Shown here one piece after another: positions 60,867-64,000 of a DNA stretch of 64,000 nt (positions are counted from its first letter, which is position 1; each line of letters starts with the position of its first letter). This DNA comes from the human T2T-CHM13v2.0 reference genome, Homo sapiens. The position numbers were made by a program, and so were the translations under genes. The DNA is taken from assembly GCF_009914755.1 (NCBI RefSeq), contig NC_060936.1. One strand, given 5' to 3'. The notes beneath the pieces were generated by a model. That model made no database searches. It saw only the letters and a program-made list of their open reading frames with translations, and was not told where the DNA came from.

Positions 60867-61025
60867 CACCTGGCCAAAAACCTTAGGAAGATCCCCAATA
60901 CCCTTGAAGATCTCAAGTTTGTCCTTGCAACAATTGCAGAAATTAGAAGTAAATCTCTAGTCATGGAACTCAGATATAGGGACGTCCAGGAGCGATACCG
61001 TACCATGGCAATGTATAACCTCTTT
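60867..61025 (+). CDS. DNAH10: DNAH10 exon 21 (gene continues beyond the window)
   Basis: HLAKNLRKIPNTLEDLKFVLATIAEIR...YRTMAMYNLF; tag|...|gtaagt. Confidence 0.95.
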
Positions 61026-61695
61026 GTAAGTCAACTTGTATTTTCTTATTCATTTAACAATTGGATTGACCACTAACGACCCTTTTCAGAAATGCTTCTC
61101 AAGTATACTGCCATTGATTTGTTTTCAAATAAGTGACTTTAAGTAATACATTGTAAATGTAAAGCAATGCCACTGTTATTTAGAATAATGAAAATATAGA
61201 GTATTTTTCAATCTGTATGGCTCAAATGGATTGATCTGTAACTATACCATTTCCATTCTCCCTTTTCTTTTCTTCTTTTTTTTGTGTTAATTTCCTTTAA
61301 TAGATAAAGAGCTCTTGCAAAAATGATAAGAAGAGAGTGAAAGATTTAAGATAATAAAAGAAACTGGTAGAAGATAATTCAATTAGTCTTGCTTTGTTTA
61401 GGGTTGTTAAATTTGGGTTCTCAGGATCTTTCAAAGTCATGGATGAGTTTTAGGGGGTCTGGGTTCCCCCTGAAGTTGTATGGAAATTTTACATACTGTA
61501 CATTTTTCTGATGATGAAAGAAAGTCAAGTTTTTGGCCCAGGTCTACTGCTCAGCAAGGGCATTTGTGAGCTCCACATCCTAACCACTAGGCTGCAAGGG
61601 TCCTGGTGTTTGAAGCAGTCAAGCAATAGAAATGCTGAAAGACAAACTTCATGCAAATCCTGATTTATTCATAGCAATTTGTTTCTCTTCTCTAG

Positions 61696-62029
<334 letters not shown>

Positions 62030-62793
62030 TAGCCAGGTAGATTTTTGTCAGACTTTGCTTCCCTGGTTTACGTCACAGAAATAATAGAAGAATCACTGTA
62101 ACAAAGGATTTTGCACTAAGTGTGCAATGGGTCACACACAAAAAATGAATCAGAATGTCAAATTCCAACAACAACAACAACAAAACAACAACAGTTGAGA
62201 TTTTGATTGTGATTGCATTGATCCTTTAGATTAATCTGCACAAATGGACATCCTGTAGTATTGAGTTTTCCTATCCATGAACATGTTCTCTCTCTCTTTA
62301 TTTAGGTCTTTAATGTCTCCCCGTAAAGATTTATAATTTTCCCCATAGAGGCCTTACCTATTTTTTGCCAGATTTATTCCTAGGTACTTGGTATTTTTAG
62401 ATGCTCTTGTAATTGGTATCTTTAATTTTTATTTTAATTATTTTATTTTTTATTGTTATATAGAAAGACAATTGATATTTGCATTCTACTTTTTTATGAT
62501 CAGTAATTATGAATTTTAATCATTTATCCACAGATTATTTTGGATTTTCTAGGCACACCATTTTATAAACTGTGAATATTGACAGTTTCATTTTAATTTT
62601 TAAATATTTTGTTTCTTTTTCTCACCTTATGACTCTAGCTAGGAATTCCTGTACGAGGCTGGATGAAAGGGGAGGTAGGGGAAATCCGTGTCTTGTTCTT
62701 GATCTCAGAGGAAAAGCTTTTGGCACTGTATCATTAAATATGGTAATTGCTGTGTGGTTTATTAGATTAACTCCAATACAATAAGAGAAATAT

Positions 62794-63120
62794 ACAGTTG
62801 TGTATATTTAACACAATGGGGATATATTCTGAGAATGTGTCAATGGGCAATTCCATAATTGTGCAAACATCATGGAATGTACTTATACAAATCTAGATGA
62901 TATAGCTACTACACACCTAGGCCATATGGTAGAACCTATTGCTCCTAGGCTACAATCCTGTCCAGCATGTACTGTACTGAATACTATAAGCAATGTAATA
63001 TAACAGTAAGTATTTGTGTATCTAAACATAGAAAAGGTACAGTAAAAATACAGTATTGTAATCTTATGGGAATACTGTCATATATGCAATCAATTTTTGG
63101 CCCAAAACATCATTTTGTTG
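62794..63120. mobile_element. Tigger3/GOLEM-type DNA transposon
   Basis: ctactacacacctagg...tattgctcctaggctaca...aatcttatggga motifs. Confidence 0.72.
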
Positions 63121-63149
63121 CTCTTTGATCTTTGACAAAAGACCAATGA

Positions 63150-63895
63150 CTGTCTTTGGTCATTGTCCCTGGTTCCTGACACAAAGCTTTCAAAACACTT
63201 GTAATTTCCTGAGTGATAGGGGTCACAGGAACATCTTTTGTTACAATATTGTTCTTTGTCCCTGGTTCCTGGCGCACAGCCTCTCAAATCCTTGGACTCT
63301 GGAGTGACAAGAGTGTCTTTTGTATGCAAGTGAAATGACTGGTGGCTGGGAGCCCTAGGCAGCTTCAGCATGGGGGCTGGTTGCCAGAAAGATCAAGCCA
63401 TAAATTATTTAGAGGTTTGGAACTTTCAGGCGCCCATCCTTGCCACCCTTGGGGAGGGAAGAGGGGCTGGAGATTGGAGATCAACAAAGGCCAGTGATCT
63501 AATCAGTCATGCCTGTATAATGAAACCTCCATGAACATCCCTAAATGATGGGATTTGGAGAGCTTCCAGGTTGTTAACCACACCAAGGTGCTGGGAGAGT
63601 GGTGTGCTCAGAGAAGGCGTGGAGGCTCTGTGCACCCCCCAACCCCATACCTTAGCTTATGCGTCTCTTTCGTTTGGCTGTTCCTGAGTTGTGTCTTTTA
63701 TAATAAATCAGTGATGGGAAGTAAAGTGTCCTTCTGAGTTCTGTGAGCCATTTCAGCAAATGGTCAAATGTGAAGGAGACGTGTGTGGGGGAACCCCTGA
63801 TTTTGTAGCCAGGTTGGACAGAAGTCTGTGTACCCTGGGCACCTAATACTTGCAACTGGCATCTGAAGTGAGGACAACCTTATGGGACTTACGCC
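63150..63895 (+). mobile_element. MER21-like LTR
   Basis: gtccctggttcctgacaca...aatttcctgagtgatagg...aataaa...gcaactggcatctgaagtg. Confidence 0.7.
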
Positions 63896-64000
63896 TGCAT
63901 TTCTATTGAGTATAGGCCTAGACGTGAAGTTGCTGGGTTACAGGAATCCACGTGTTCAGCTTCACTAGATTCTGCTAATTTTCCAAAGTGATGGTACCCC

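Overview
Human (primate, Alu-dense) genomic DNA, recognised from the translated exons as the ATP6V0A2-DNAH10 locus (chr12q24.31, from recall). The + strand carries the last three coding exons and the ~3.7-kb 3'UTR of the V-ATPase a2 subunit gene ATP6V0A2 (stop 4954-4956, distal AATAAA 8656). About 600 bp further on is the CpG-island promoter and first 21 coding exons of axonemal dynein heavy chain DNAH10. I spliced these by hand into one stop-free frame of 3780 nt / 1260 codons, which is N-terminal tail only; the gene continues beyond the window. The introns contain ~55 Alus, MaLR LTRs, a MER9/HERV-K solo LTR with 6-bp TSD, MER21-like LTRs, L1/L2/MIR fragments, Tigger3, MER58 and a MADE1 MITE. 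Repeat family names come from remembered consensus sequences and repeat boundaries are approximate. I see no evidence for a new multi-gene system. The best leads are: candidate relict or cryptic phase-1 exons in DNAH10 intron 1; a 15-bp-periodic triple RFX-like motif at the DNAH10 promoter; a GC-AG intron next to an inverted-Alu-flanked symmetric exon; an intragenic CpG-rich X-box element; and several small templated duplications or insertions.
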